DNA of 62,779 nt, counting the filler, from a bacterium (lineage in GTDB: Bacteria > UBA9089 > CG2-30-40-21 > SBAY01): NCBI GenBank assembly GCA_040757115.1. It is 5 parts of 4 records of this genome, joined end to end, with 100 filler letters (N's around TTAATTAATTAA, not from the genome) between each part and the next. Parts side by side here need not be neighbours in the genome. Positions count along the whole stretch, not along the records: positions 1 to 6,525 come from JBFLYA010000001.1; positions 6,626 to 21,229 come from JBFLYA010000001.1; 3 more parts are not named here. One strand, 5' to 3'. Under the pieces are notes generated by a model. The model was given only the letters and a program-made list of their open reading frames with translations, had not been told where the DNA came from and did not search any database. Position numbers and translations under genes: made by a program. Numbering within the stretch: position 1 is the first letter of the stretch; each line of letters begins with the position of its first letter. Positions 1 through 12,600 of this stretch are shown here, piece after piece.

Positions 1-2
1 GG

Positions 3-3000
3 TGCAGATTGTGGAATAACCGCAAAGAGGTTAGCTAATATAGTAACACTACCTATATCACTAATGACATTGGTATCCTCATGGGCAATAAGTGTTGTTG
101 TGCCATAAGGCTGGGTATCTATTGTCCAGGTAGTAGTGAAACTACCTTCGGCATAGGTTGAAACAATATGAATAGTCCGTGTTGTGCCAAATTCCAGGCG
201 AATAGTGCTTGATGCAGGATAACCATTACCTCTAACCGTAATTACCTTGCCTACCGAACCTTGCGTTGGGGTAATCAGGATAATCTTCGGCGTAATAAAT
301 ACAGTCAGATTATCTGCGAAGTCATCTGTTCTAACAACCACACCTTTAACCGTAGTTGTAGCATAAGGCTGCGTATCAATAGTAAAGGTAGTTTCAAAGA
401 ATCCATCTATATCTACCGTCACTGTAGTTATAGTTCTGGTCGTTCCAAATTCTATCCTCACCAATTCATTCTGTAAATAACCATCACCCTTTAATGAGAC
501 GACTGTCCCTACTGAACCAATAGTTGGAGTTACCGCAGTTAGATGTGGAATTATTCGGAAGCGATATGTAAGGACGCTTTGACCTGTATTTACTCCCCTC
601 ACAATAATAGTCGTTGTCCCTAATGTTTGCCTATCTACGGTAAAGGTAAATGTAAATGAACCTACTGGTTGCGTTGTCTCAATACTACGAGTAGGTGCAG
701 TTCCAAAGACAAGTTCTACTATTTCCTGTGCTCCATAACCATTACCTCTGATGGTAACCGTTGTTCCGATAGTGCCTTTTTCTGGCTGAATCAGAATTAT
801 TTCTGGTTTAATAGTCACACTACTGGTTGCCGCTATCACATTGTCATCATCATGGGCTGTAACCGTAGTCCTACCGTAGGGTTGAGTATCAACAGTAAAT
901 GTCGTTGAAAAACTCCCTTCCGCATAGGTAGAGGTCAATTGAATTGTCTGAGTCGTTCCAAATTCTATCCTGATAGTCTTTGATGCCCCAAATCCATTAC
1001 CCGCCACAGTAATTACCGTTCCCACTGTAGCCGCATCTGGAGTTACAAGTATAATATTTGGCAGAATAGTAAATGTTCCTGATGCCTCTTCACTACCATA
1101 AGCCTTAATTGTGGTAATGCCATAAGGTTGTGTATTAATGGTAAATGTCGTAGTCCAACTGCCATGAGCATAAGTCGATGTTGTTTGAATAGTCGTTGTT
1201 ATACCAAAATCAAGTTTAATGGTATGAGAGGCAACAAATCCATTACCAGCAACCGTAATTATCGTTCCTACTGTCCCCTCTTTTGGACTTATCAAGATAA
1301 TATTAGATTCAATAGCAAATGTCCCATACGCCTTAAGCCGTGGGGTAGTATCCTGATGAGCAATAATCGTCGTTACACCATAAGGTTGGGTATTAATAGT
1401 GAATGTTGTTTCAAACATACCTGCCGCATAGGTCGATGCCATAACAATGGTGGGTGTCGTGCCAAATTCTATTCGGATAGCTCGAGTGGCACTATAACCA
1501 TTACCTTTGACAGTAATCACCAGTCCTACTGTCCCTGAATTTGGCGAAATAAGGATGATATTAGGTAAGATACGCAGTGTTGCGGTCGCCTTAATTGAGA
1601 TATCATCTTGATGTGCAAATATAGTTGTTGTTCCATACGGCTGGGTATCAATCGTAAATGTTGTCGTGAAACTTCCTTCTATATCACTAATAACATTTCT
1701 TATATTATTAGTAGTGCCAAATTCTATCCTCAAGGTCTTAGTTATACCATAACCATTTCCACGAATAGTGATTATTGTCCCTACTGTTCCTTCCGTAGGT
1801 GTAACTGAAACAATGTTAGGTTGAATACTTAATGTGCCATAAGCCTCAATAGAAATATCATCTTCATGGGCAACAATGGTTGTCTTGCCATAAGGTTGGG
1901 TGTCAAGGGTAAAGGTAGTTGTCCAGCTACCCTCTGCATAAGTAGAAGTCAACTGTATAGTTGGGGTAGTCCCAAATTCTATCCGAATTGTCTTTGAGGC
2001 ACCATAACCATTACCTCTAACGGTTATCAAGGTACCAACTGTAGCCTGAGCTGGTGTAACTAAAACTACATTTGGTAAGATAAAGAAGGTTAAATTATCC
2101 GCTTTTTCTCCACTGACTATACCTGTTGCTTTAATAGTAGTTGCTCCATAAGGCTGAGTATCAATAATAAATCTGGTGGTGAAACTACCTCTACTATCTG
2201 TTGTTGGCTGTGGTGATGGTACTATATCCAGAAATGTCCCGAAATCAATCTGAACAAATTCTGTTGGGTTATAACCATTTCCTTTCACCGTAATTTGAGT
2301 TCCTACGGTTCCTGTATTCGGTGTTACCAGATATAGATTAGGTATTATTCTAAATTGTCTGGTATCAGAAACTCCCGATGTTTGTCCTTCAACAATTACA
2401 TTCTTTGTTCCAATATACTGGGTATCAACTGTAAAGTAGATAGTCCATGTCCCATCTATACTTGTTGGTCCTTGATTTATTAGAAGAGGTGCCGATATAC
2501 CAAAATCAATTCTCAAATTCTCTTGAGAACCATAGCCATTACCACTTAAGGTTACCTGTGTCCCTACTGTCCCAATTGTCGGTGAGACAGATATAATTCT
2601 TTGGATAACCGTGAAGGTAATAGTTCCTCTTTGTTCACTCATCAGCCCGATAGCAACAATTGTCTTTACTCCATAATGTTGTGAATCAATAGTAAATGTC
2701 GTGCCAAAGGTGCCATTAACATTAGTCGATACCGTAACAATAGTCACTGTATTACCAAAGTCAATCTGAATCAATTCATTGTCATCAAAACCATCTCCAT
2801 AAATAGTAACTATTGTGCCAACAGAACCCGTATTCGGAGTAACCTGAGTTATATTGCCAGTAATAAAGAATGTATCATAAGCAGGTGCTCCACCATTTAA
2901 GCCAGTGGCAGTAATCGTTGTTCTACCTGTTGGTTGGGTATCGATGGTAAAGGTAACGGTAAATGAACCTTTATCATCCGTCACGGTAACTGTAATTGTT

Positions 3001-6000
3001 TGCGTTGAACCAAAGTCGATTCTAATTCCCTCTATTTGTTGATACCCACCACCTTGAATGGTAACTATTGTCCCAACAGACCCACTACGCGGTGCAACAC
3101 CGGTAATAACTGCCTTGATAGTGAATGTTCCATCAGCCTTTGGTGCATTACCATCACCGATAGCAACTATTGTTGTTACACCTGCTGGTTGAGTATCAAC
3201 ATTAAAGAAGGCAGTAAATGTCCCATCAGGTGAAGTGTGTATGACTGAAGGCTCAGTTGAAATTGGAGCAGTCTGACCAAATCTAACCTCTATCTCTTCG
3301 TTTGCATCATAACCTGTCCCGCGTATCTCTACTTGAGCCCCCACCGTTCCTTCAGTTGGTGAAACAAGAATAATATCGGCAAGAATATTAAAGGTAGATG
3401 TGCCTATTTGTTGTGAACTATGTCCGCTGGCAACTATAGATTTTGCACCATAAACTTGCGTATCCACCGTAAAGGTAATAGTAAATGTCCCCACCTCATT
3501 AGTGGTTACAGTAGTTATAGTTGTATATTTGCCAAAATCAATTTGGATAAGTTCTGTAGCACTAAATCCATCTCCATTTACCTCTACTATCGTTCCCACT
3601 GTCCCAGAAACAGGGGTAATTGACCAGATACGGGATTTTAGTTTGAAGGTAACTTCATCCTTTAAGTGATAAATAGTTCCTTCTGCGGTAATCGTCTTGG
3701 TGCTATAGGTCTGAGTATCAACTGTAAAGGTAACATTCAACTGGCCATCTGAAGCTGCCTCTTTAGTAGTAATTGATTGTGTCGTCCCAAAATCTATTCG
3801 GACTAATTCATTTGCTCCATAGCCTGTTCCGTCTAGTGTAACCATTGTTCCAATAGTTCCTTCAAGAGGTGCATACTGCCAGATATGAGGTATGATGTAG
3901 AATATGTCTATGGCTGATTGTAATTCCCCAGAAAGTCCCACTGCTTTTATAGTAGTAGTGGCTATTGGCTGAATAGTAATAGCAAAGATAGTAGTAAATG
4001 TCCCATCACTTGAAGTCGGATTACCAGAGGTATGAACTAAAGTCTCTCTCTGATAAATACCAATATATTCAGTCGCATCATAACCATTCCCATCTACGGT
4101 CACCGAAATTCCTACTGTGCCAATAGTAGGTGTAATAATAATCTTTGGCGTAATACAGAATATAACCGTATCCCTTGTCGGGGTAGTCCGTCCACTGGCA
4201 GATACTGTCTTATTGCAATAAACCTGTGTATCAACGGTAAAGGTAGTTGTGAATGAACCGTATGCATCTGTTGTCGTGAACATAATACTGCTTGTTTTTC
4301 CAAAGTCAATCTGAATTCCTTCTGTAGCACCATAACCATTACCTGCCACAGTAATTATACTTCCCACAGTTCCTGAAACAGGGGTTATGAGAATTATCTC
4401 TTCAGTAATTCGGAAGCTACTTTGAGCTCTTTCACCAGAAGAAATACCTGCCGCCACTATGGTAGTTATGCCATAAGGTTGGGTATCAATTGTAAATTTA
4501 ATCGAGAATGTTCCCGCAGTTGAACTACTAACAAAGATAATCGTTGGCGTAGTCCCAAAGTTAATCTCTATCCGCTCCCTATTGCCATATCCATCACCCT
4601 TAACCGTCACAAAACTACCGACAGTCCCTGATGTAGGCGTAACTTGAATAATATTAGCAATGATAACAAAGGTAGATGTAGCTTTCTCAGCGGTATTCAG
4701 ACCTTTTGCCTCAATTGTCTTAGAACCGTTTATCTGAGTAATGATAGTAATGGTGCCTACAAAACTACCATCTATCAGAGTATTAGTCTGACTTAATGGT
4801 ATACCTTCTTGCTTGAACGAAATCGTTTCAGATGACCCATAACCATTACCTTTTACCACGACATTACTACCTATAGTCCCAATTGAAGGACTAACTGAAA
4901 TAATATTTCCTCTTATCTTGAAGATAAATTTATCTGATAAACCAGATAAAACTCCGGTTGCTAAAATAGTTGTTGACCCATAAGGTTGAGTATCAACGGT
5001 AAATGTCCCCACAAAAACGCCCTTATCATTAGTCGTAGCATAAGTAATCGTTCCATTTGTCCCAAATTGAATACCTATCTGTTCTGTTGCCTGATAACCT
5101 CTACCTTCTACCAATACCTCTGTCCCTACAGTTCCAAAGGTAGGTGAAACAATAGCAATACCGGCTTTAATCGTAAATGTCCCGGTATCAACCTGTTGAG
5201 TAGTTATACCCGTAGCTTTAATAGTCGTAATGCCACAAGGTTGAGTATCAACAGTAAAGGTAACATTAAATGTCCCACTGTTATTAGATACCGTTGAAGT
5301 TATAGTGTAGGTTGTGCCAAAATCAATTTGAATTACCTCACTTGCCCCATAACCATTACCTTTAACAGTTACTTCTGCCCCTATCACACCATCTAACGGA
5401 TAAATATAAACTATCCTGCCGGTAATAAAGTAATAGGCATAAGCCTGTTTTGGACCATCTGATTCTGTTGCTCTAATAGTCGTAGTCCCTGCTGGCTGTG
5501 TATTTATGGTAAAGGTGCCGGTAAATCTCCCACCTGCATCCGTCTTGTAAGAAGCTATATTATCTTTAGTTCCAAACTTAATATATATATCATCTGTGGC
5601 ATCAAATCCATTACCGATAATTGTTACTATTGTCCCTACAGAACCTTGTGTAGGCGTAATTGATTCAATTACCTCCGTAATCAAGAAATTCATTGTATTT
5701 GACAACTTAGTCTCCTCACCCTTAACGACAATAGTTGTCAAACCATAAGGTTGAGTATTGATAGTAAATGTCGTGGTAAATGTTCCCCATCTATTTGTTT
5801 CGGCGGTAACAATAGTAGGTGTTGTGCCAAAGTGAACAGTGATTGGTTCAGTAATACCATAACCTGTCCCTTCCAGGGTAACAATTGTGCCTACGGTTCC
5901 TTGAGTAGGTGTAAATATGATAATATCTGAAATGATATTAAATAGACTTAAATCCATTCTATCAATGGTTGTGCCGGTAAGTGTAATAGTGGTAGTGCCT

Positions 6001-6524
6001 GCTGGTTGAGTATCAATAGTAAAGGTAACCGAGAAAGACCCTTCGGTATTAGCATTGGTCGTATGAATAGTAATATTTTCACCAAAGGTAATTCTAACGA
6101 GTTCTGAATCGCCATATCCTGTTGCCTCTAATGTAACAATCGTTCCTACCGTGCCAATCGTTGGAGTAGAAAGGATAATATCCGGGATAATATCAAATTT
6201 ATTAATGGCAAAATTACCTTTGGCATCTGTTGCTTTTATGGTAGTAGAGCCATTGGGTTGAGTATTAATCGTAAATGTTATCGAGAATGTTCCAACGCCA
6301 GTAGTAGTAACAGTAGTAATAGTATTGCGTCTGCCAAAGTCAACTTGAATCTTTGAAGTTGGGCTATAGCCATCACCAAAGATAGTAATAATTGTGCCCA
6401 CCGTCCCAATATTTGGTGTAACTGTATGGATTTGTGGAATAATCGTAAATGTTCGTGTGAAAATTAAGTTAGAAGTCATACCTGTAGATTTAATCGTAGT
6501 TACTCCCACAATCTGAGTATTGAT
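3..6524 (-). CDS. Giant Thr/Gly-rich repeat surface protein, partial (open at both ends), tandem ~89-aa IPT/TIG-like Ig repeats
   Basis: Absent from the ORF track. Manual translation from 6524 gives INTQIVGVTTIKSTG...VTPNIGTVGTIITIFGDGY...FTINTQPNGSTTIKA, and the same frame reads ...DIGSVTILANLFAVIPQSA at the window start. Both ends were checked by hand; the interior was not translated codon by codon. It has the same repeat motif (TP..GTVG..VTV.G.G...FG...FT.DTQPYGTTTI) as the ORF on the next contig. About 2170 aa. Confidence 0.9.
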   Translation of the reverse strand, partial: MNTQIVGVTTIKSTGMTSNLIFTRTFTIIPQIHTVTPNIGTVGTIITIFGDGYSPTSKIQVDFGRRNTITTVTTTGVGTFSITFTINTQPNGSTTIKATDAKGNFAINKFDIIPDIILSTPTIGTVGTIVTLEATGYGDSELVRITFGENITIHTTNANTEGSFSVTFTIDTQPAGTTTITLTGTTIDRMDLSLFNIISDIIIFTPTQGTVGTIVTLEGTGYGITEPITVHFGTTPTIVTAETNRWGTFTTTFTINTQPYGLTTIVVKGEETKLSNTMNFLITEVIESITPTQGSVGTIVTIIGNGFDATDDIYIKFGTKDNIASYKTDAGGRFTGTFTINTQPAGTTTIRATESDGPKQAYAYYFITGRIVYIYPLDGVIGAEVTVKGNGYGASEVIQIDFGTTYTITSTVSNNSGTFNVTFTVDTQPCGITTIKATGITTQQVDTGTFTIKAGIAIVSPTFGTVGTEVLVEGRGYQATEQIGIQFGTNGTITYATTNDKGVFVGTFTVDTQPYGSTTILATGVLSGLSDKFIFKIRGNIISVSPSIGTIGSNVVVKGNGYGSSETISFKQEGIPLSQTNTLIDGSFVGTITIITQINGSKTIEAKGLNTAEKATSTFVIIANIIQVTPTSGTVGSFVTVKGDGYGNRERIEINFGTTPTIIFVSSSTAGTFSIKFTIDTQPYGITTIVAAGISSGERAQSSFRITEEIILITPVSGTVGSIITVAGNGYGATEGIQIDFGKTSSIMFTTTDAYGSFTTTFTVDTQVYCNKTVSASGRTTPTRDTVIFCITPKIIITPTIGTVGISVTVDGNGYDATEYIGIYQRETLVHTSGNPTSSDGTFTTIFAITIQPIATTTIKAVGLSGELQSAIDIFYIIPHIWQYAPLEGTIGTMVTLDGTGYGANELVRIDFGTTQSITTKEAASDGQLNVTFTVDTQTYSTKTITAEGTIYHLKDEVTFKLKSRIWSITPVSGTVGTIVEVNGDGFSATELIQIDFGKYTTITTVTTNEVGTFTITFTVDTQVYGAKSIVASGHSSQQIGTSTFNILADIILVSPTEGTVGAQVEIRGTGYDANEEIEVRFGQTAPISTEPSVIHTSPDGTFTAFFNVDTQPAGVTTIVAIGDGNAPKADGTFTIKAVITGVAPRSGSVGTIVTIQGGGYQQIEGIRIDFGSTQTITVTVTDDKGSFTVTFTIDTQPTGRTTITATGLNGGAPAYDTFFITGNITQVTPNTGSVGTIVTIYGDGFDDNELIQIDFGNTVTIVTVSTNVNGTFGTTFTIDSQHYGVKTIVAIGLMSEQRGTITFTVIQRIISVSPTIGTVGTQVTLSGNGYGSQENLRIDFGISAPLLINQGPTSIDGTWTIYFTVDTQYIGTKNVIVEGQTSGVSDTRQFRIIPNLYLVTPNTGTVGTQITVKGNGYNPTEFVQIDFGTFLDIVPSPQPTTDSRGSFTTRFIIDTQPYGATTIKATGIVSGEKADNLTFFILPNVVLVTPAQATVGTLITVRGNGYGASKTIRIEFGTTPTIQLTSTYAEGSWTTTFTLDTQPYGKTTIVAHEDDISIEAYGTLSIQPNIVSVTPTEGTVGTIITIRGNGYGITKTLRIEFGTTNNIRNVISDIEGSFTTTFTIDTQPYGTTTIFAHQDDISIKATATLRILPNIILISPNSGTVGLVITVKGNGYSATRAIRIEFGTTPTIVMASTYAAGMFETTFTINTQPYGVTTIIAHQDTTPRLKAYGTFAIESNIILISPKEGTVGTIITVAGNGFVASHTIKLDFGITTTIQTTSTYAHGSWTTTFTINTQPYGITTIKAYGSEEASGTFTILPNIILVTPDAATVGTVITVAGNGFGASKTIRIEFGTTQTIQLTSTYAEGSFSTTFTVDTQPYGRTTVTAHDDDNVIAATSSVTIKPEIILIQPEKGTIGTTVTIRGNGYGAQEIVELVFGTAPTRSIETTQPVGSFTFTFTVDRQTLGTTTIIVRGVNTGQSVLTYRFRIIPHLTAVTPTIGSVGTVVSLKGDGYLQNELVRIEFGTTRTITTVTVDIDGFFETTFTIDTQPYATTTVKGVVVRTDDFADNLTVFITPKIILITPTQGSVGKVITVRGNGYPASSTIRLEFGTTRTIHIVSTYAEGSFTTTWTIDTQPYGTTTLIAHEDTNVISDIGSVTILANLFAVIPQSA

Positions 6525-6525
6525 A

Positions 6526-6625
6526 NNNNNNNNNNNNNNNNNNNNNNNNNNNNNNNNNNNNNNNNNNNNTTAATTAATTAANNNNNNNNNNNNNNNNNNN
6601 NNNNNNNNNNNNNNNNNNNNNNNNN
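6526..6625. other. Artificial contig linker
   Basis: 44 N + TTAATTAATTAA (stops in all six frames) + 44 N. Confidence 0.98.
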
Positions 6626-9600
6626 GTGTAATAAAGTATGTATTCGTTGCCTGCTCATTATATCTACTACCTCTCGCCACAATAGTTGTCGTTGCATACG
6701 GTTGACTATCAACCGTAAATCTCACCGTCCATGACCCATCCACACTTGCACTTGTCAAAACTATATTTGCTATTGTCCCAAAGTTAACATTTATACTCAC
6801 AGAGGTATCATATCCATTCCCATATATAGTCACATAGCTACCTACGGTCCCGCTTGTAGGCGTAACTAAAAAGATATTCGGCTGGATACGGAAGGTAGTT
6901 GTTGCGGCTGTTTCACCAAAAATCTCACCAGTTGCCCTGATAGTTGTTGTGCTAAACGGCTGAGTATCTACGGTAAATGTCAAGGTAAATGAACCATTCA
7001 CCGTCGCAGAGCCTGTAGTAAATATTCCTGTAGTGCCAAACTTAAAGAGAATAGTTTCTGATAAACCATACCCATTACCAGATACTGTAACTACACTACC
7101 TACGGTTGCCGCAGTCGGTGTAACAAAGATAATATTTGGCTGAATACTAAATATAATACTACTCGTTGCCTGCACGCTACTTCTAAGACTCTGCACGATA
7201 ATAGTTGTCGTTCCATAAGGCTGGGTATTTACCGTAAAGGTAAAGGTGAAGGAACCGGTATCTGTAGTTGAACCTCTCTCTTCTATCAATATTCCTGGTG
7301 CCTGACCAAATATCAATTTGACCGTATCTGAGGCATCATACCCATTACCCGCAACAGTAACTATGCTACCTACTGTGCCTTTAGTTGGAGTAACCGTAAT
7401 AATATTGGGAATAACAGTAAATGTCCCTTCATTCGTAGGTAACTCGGATACTAAACCATAAGCCCAAATAGTCTTCGTCCCATACGGTTGGGTATCCACA
7501 GTAAATTTTGTTGTAAATGTCCCACCAGATACCTGACTGGCTGGGACGATAGTAATAGTTGTCTTATCGCCAAAAGTTATCCGCACAGACTCATTACTCT
7601 TAAACCCATCTGCCGAAACAGTAACATAACTTCCTACACTACCTCTTGTTGGAGTAATTTGATAAATCCTTGCCTGAACCTGGAATGTAGTGGTTGCCGC
7701 CCAAATTCCATTAACATCATCATAGGCGGTAATCGTACAGGTGCCTGCCGCCTGCGTATCTACGGTAAAGGTAATCGTAAATGACCCATATTTAGTACTG
7801 CTAATGGTATTAATCGTAGGAGTCATCCCAAATCTTATCCTTATAGTCTGTGATAACCCAAATCCATTACCACTTACCGTAAGCACTGTTCCCACAGGTC
7901 CTGCTGGTTGATTCAAATAAATAATATTGGGTAATATCCTACAGGTATTAGTTGCCTGAGATTTATAGGTATTTCCTCTACCTATAATAGTTGTTATTCC
8001 ATAAGGTTGTGTATCAATAGTAAAGGTAACATTAAATGACCCTACTCCCTCAGCTACAGCAATCGTTATACTCTGTCTCGAACCAAAATCTATTCTTGTT
8101 TGCTCATTGTTGCCATAACCCCTACCCCAAATAGTTATAATTGTTCCCACAATACCCTCTGGTGGCTCAACCTTCCAGATATCAGGTAAAATAAAGAAAC
8201 TTGAGTAAGCAGTAGGAGTTCCTTCACTTATTGAGTCCTTGTTATGAACTGTAATGGTCGTAGTCCCATACGGCTGAGATTTATCAATCACAAAGGTAAA
8301 ATAACCAGGTGTATCGGCTTTATCAACACTCCCATCATTATTTATCCTCAGCCACACATATTTATCTATCTCATTACCAAAGTCTAAAACTGCGTTCTCA
8401 TATGTGCCAGAGTGATAATAATAACCATCACCCCACACTGTTACCGTTATGCCTACTGAACCCTGAGTTGGCGAGACCAAATAAATTCTTGGAAGTATCT
8501 TGAATGTTCGAGTGCCTATCTGTTGAGTGAGCGTCCCTTTCATTTCTACAGTCTTTGTCCCATACATTCGTCTATCTATGGTAAATGTAGTGCTAAATGA
8601 CCCAAAAAGAGTAGTAGATATAGTTCCTCGTATACTGTCGGCAATTCCACCTCCACTAATTGTAATCGAAATCTCCTCACTTGCCCCATAACCATTACCT
8701 GCCACTGTAACTACTGTGGTTACAGAGCCAATGGTCGGAGTAAACAAAATTATATTTGAGTAAATCTTGAAGAAATAGTCTGATACCGTCCCATACTGTT
8801 GACTACCAAGTCCTGTAACCTTAAGTGTTGTCGTGCCATAAGGCTGGGTATTAACAGTAAATGTAGTGGAGAATGACCCTTCTGCATAGGTTGAAGTAGT
8901 TAATAAAGTAACATTAGTTCCAAAATCTATCTGGATAAGTTCTGTGGCACCAAATCCATTCCCGGCTATGGTAACTATTGTTCCTACTGTTCCGCTTTGT
9001 GGTGAGAATAGGAATAGATTAGAGGTAATTCCTACACTACCAATAGATTCAAAATACTCTCCATAAGTAGAACTTACTTTAACCGTATGCGTCCCAAAAT
9101 GTTGGGTAGTAATAGTAAATTTAGTTGAGAAAGAACCATAAGCCGTAGAGTTAAATTCCGGAAGCGCATCTGTCCCAAAATTTATGGATATTTGTGTTGC
9201 ACTACCAAATCCATTACCAGCAATAGTCACAAAACTACCCACTGTGCCAGTTCTTGGTGACAAATAAATAATGATATTAACAATCTTGAAATAGCCGGTT
9301 GAAGTCCCTGATGCAGAAACACCCACAGCATTAATTGTCGTTGTCCCATAAGGTTGCGTATCCGTAGTAAATGAAGTAGTAAATGTCCCACAGGCATTGG
9401 CTTGACTTACGGTTATACTCCGTTTTGTCCCAAAATCTATCCGAATAGTCTCAGAGGCACTAAAACCTTCTCCATTTATGGTTACTACTGTCCCCACTGT
9501 TCCAAAAGAAGGTGTAACAAATGTTAAATTTGAAGTTATGGTAAGTGAAAAAGTCCCAGGAGCCTTTTGAGTGGTATCACTACCATAAGCCGTGATAGTT

Positions 9601-12600
9601 TTAAGACCATATCCCTGTGTATCAACCGTAAAGGTAGTTGTCCATGACCCAAAGGCTTGCGTTGAGGTCTGGGTTATGGTAGCACTTGTCCCAAAATGAA
9701 TCACAATTACCTCACTTGCCCCAAATCCATTACCCTGCACAGTAACTATTGTTCCCACTGAACCGGAAACAGGACTGACAAAAAAGATGTTAGGTAAGAT
9801 GACTAACGAGGTATTTGCCTGAGTTCCTGGGCCCTTACCAGTAATTGTTGTCGTCCCATATTTTTGAGTATTAACCGTAAAATATATGACAAACCTTCCC
9901 TGCCCAAATGCACCACCACTATTACCGGTAGTTATCGTCCTGGTTGTCCCAAAATGTATAGAAATACTTTCTGCACCACCAAATCCTGTTCCTTCTACCG
10001 TTACTACCAATCCAACCGTTCCGGAAGTAGCCGTAACCCAAATATTAGGATTAATCGTAAATGATTCTGTCCCTATTCTCTTAGAATTAACCCCTGTAGC
10101 TGTTATAACTTTATCCCCTAAAGACTGTGTATTTACAGTAAAAGTCTGCGAAAATGTTCCTACATTATTCGTCGTCGCAGTAGCAATCCCTTCAGTTATT
10201 TCAAATTTAATCGGCACAGACTCCGTTGCCCCAAATCCTTCACCCTTTATGGTCACAATTGAACCTACCGTGCCTGCTCGGGGTGTAATCTCGCAAATCT
10301 TGCCTAAGACATGGAATAAGGTGGTAGCAGAAGTGCCTGTTTGTAGTCCCGTTGCCTTTACGGTTACTGTTGCCGGCTGGGTAAGGATAGTAAAGGTATA
10401 ACTAAATACACCATCAATATTAGTATTGGTAGTTCCCGGGTCTGTATTCAATAAACCAAAATCTACATCCACTACCTCACTCGACCCATAGCCATTACCC
10501 TTTATCTCCACCGAAATCCCTATTGTCCCTGAAGTCGGAGTAATGGAATAAATATTAGGTCTAATGGTAATTGAACCAATTTTTTCTTCTGTTGATACAT
10601 TTGTTCCTTTAACTAATATGGTTGTAGTACCAAAAGGTTGAGTATCTATGGTAAAACTGGCAGTAAAAGTCCCATAATCAGAAATACTTGGTATCGTCAA
10701 AATCGGAGGAAAAGAAGGAGGAATTTTGGTACCAAATATTATTTGTATAGTCTCATTTCTACCATAACCATCACAAACTACAGTCACCCATGCCCCAACA
10801 GTTCCTGCATCAGGAGAGATGGAAACTATTCTTGCTCTTATCTTAAAATAATTAATTGCCTCTCGAGCAATCTTAAAACCAGTAGTAGTAATAGTCGTTG
10901 AACCATAAGGTTGGGTATTAACTTCAAAATTACAAGTTGATAGTAACACACCCTGTGAATTCGATAGACCCGTAGCAATAGATACTACCTCCCCAAATCC
11001 TATCTTAACATTTTCACCTGCATCATAACCATTACCAGATATAGTAACCCTTTGCCCAATAGTTCCTTCAGATGGAGTAACATCGGTTATCTTTGGGATA
11101 ATAATAAATGTTCCCTCGGTTCTTATACCAGAAGTATCTGTCCCATAAACTGTCTTTGTTCCACCTGGTTGACCAGAAGAAATAATCAGTTCCACTGTTA
11201 AAGAACCCGATGTAGCCGCCTTTTTAGTATTATCAATCTGCAAACCAATAGCCAGTTGTATCACTCCAGGAGTAGGTGTAAATCCATTTCCAATAATAGT
11301 TACAACAGAACCAATAGTCCCTTGAGAGGGTGTAACTAAAATCATCTTTGGGGTTATCTTAAAGGTAGTATTCGTGGCATAAGCCCCCGCAGCTCCTGTT
11401 GCAGAGATTGTGGTCGTCCCATAAGGCTGAACATCTGTAGTAAAAACTAAACTAATGCTACCTAAATAATTGGCGGTAGTAGTGGTAATTGTCGGTGTTG
11501 ACCCAAATCCAATAGCCACTAACTCTGACGAACCATATCCATTACCAGAAACTGTAACTTGTAACCCGACTGTTCCTGATGTCGGTGTTACATCTACTAT
11601 TTTTGCCAAAATAACGAAACTATTAGTTCCCCTGGTATAAATATCATTAGCTGTAATGGTATGACTCCCATAAGGTTGAACATTTACAGTCAAAGTAATA
11701 CTAAAAGAACCAAATTGAGTAGAACTGCCATAGACGGTCAATGTTGCATAGTTGCCAAAATTAATGGTTATATCCTGTGATACCCCAAATCCATTTCCAA
11801 AAAGGGTTATAGAACTACCTACGGTTCCAGATGTAGGTTCTACCTTAAAGATATTTCCACTTATGGTAAATAAACAAACATTTTCTGATGAGGGGCTACT
11901 AAGAGATACCGTAGTAGTCCCATAAGGTTGAGTATCAACGGTAAATGACTTAACAAATCCACCAGCCGCATCTGTTGAGGTAGAAGATATTGTTTTTGTC
12001 GTCCCAAAATCTATATAAACATCTACCGTTGAGGCAAAACCACTCCCCGTTACCGTAAGTATAGTTCCAACAGAACCTACAGTTGGTGAAATACTAATCT
12101 GACCCCTTATAGTATATGTCCCTTCACCATAATGTCCTGAAGTAAGCCCATAAGCAGTAATAGTTTTGACGCCTGCATTTTGTCCTGGCACGGTCGCGGT
12201 AACACTAAATGAACCATTTGCACTACTGTATTTTGTTGTCCAGGTGGTTGTATCACCGAAGGTTAATTTTATCAGCTCACTACTTCCAAAACCATCACCG
12301 CTCACCGTCACCTCACTCCCAACAGTCCCTATTTGAGGAGTTATCAGCCAGATTCTACCTGTAACTATAAAAGTAGTAGTTCCTATTATACCTGATGCAC
12401 CTGTTGCTTTAACTGTAGTAGTAGCCGCTTGAACATCAGCGGTAAAAGTAATAGTAAAAGTTCCATAGTTATTCATTTGTGATACCGGAATATTTGCTCG
12501 TTGTATGCTTGTGCCAAAATCAATGCTTATAGATTCGTTGTCATCGAACTTCCCAAATCCTTCGCCATCCAAACTAATAGTTGTTCCCACCGTCCCGGAA

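Noticed and set aside
6570-6581. TTAATTAATTAA as a biological site or the true stop of the giant ORF
   Set aside because: It is identical in all four N-gaps and is an assembly linker.
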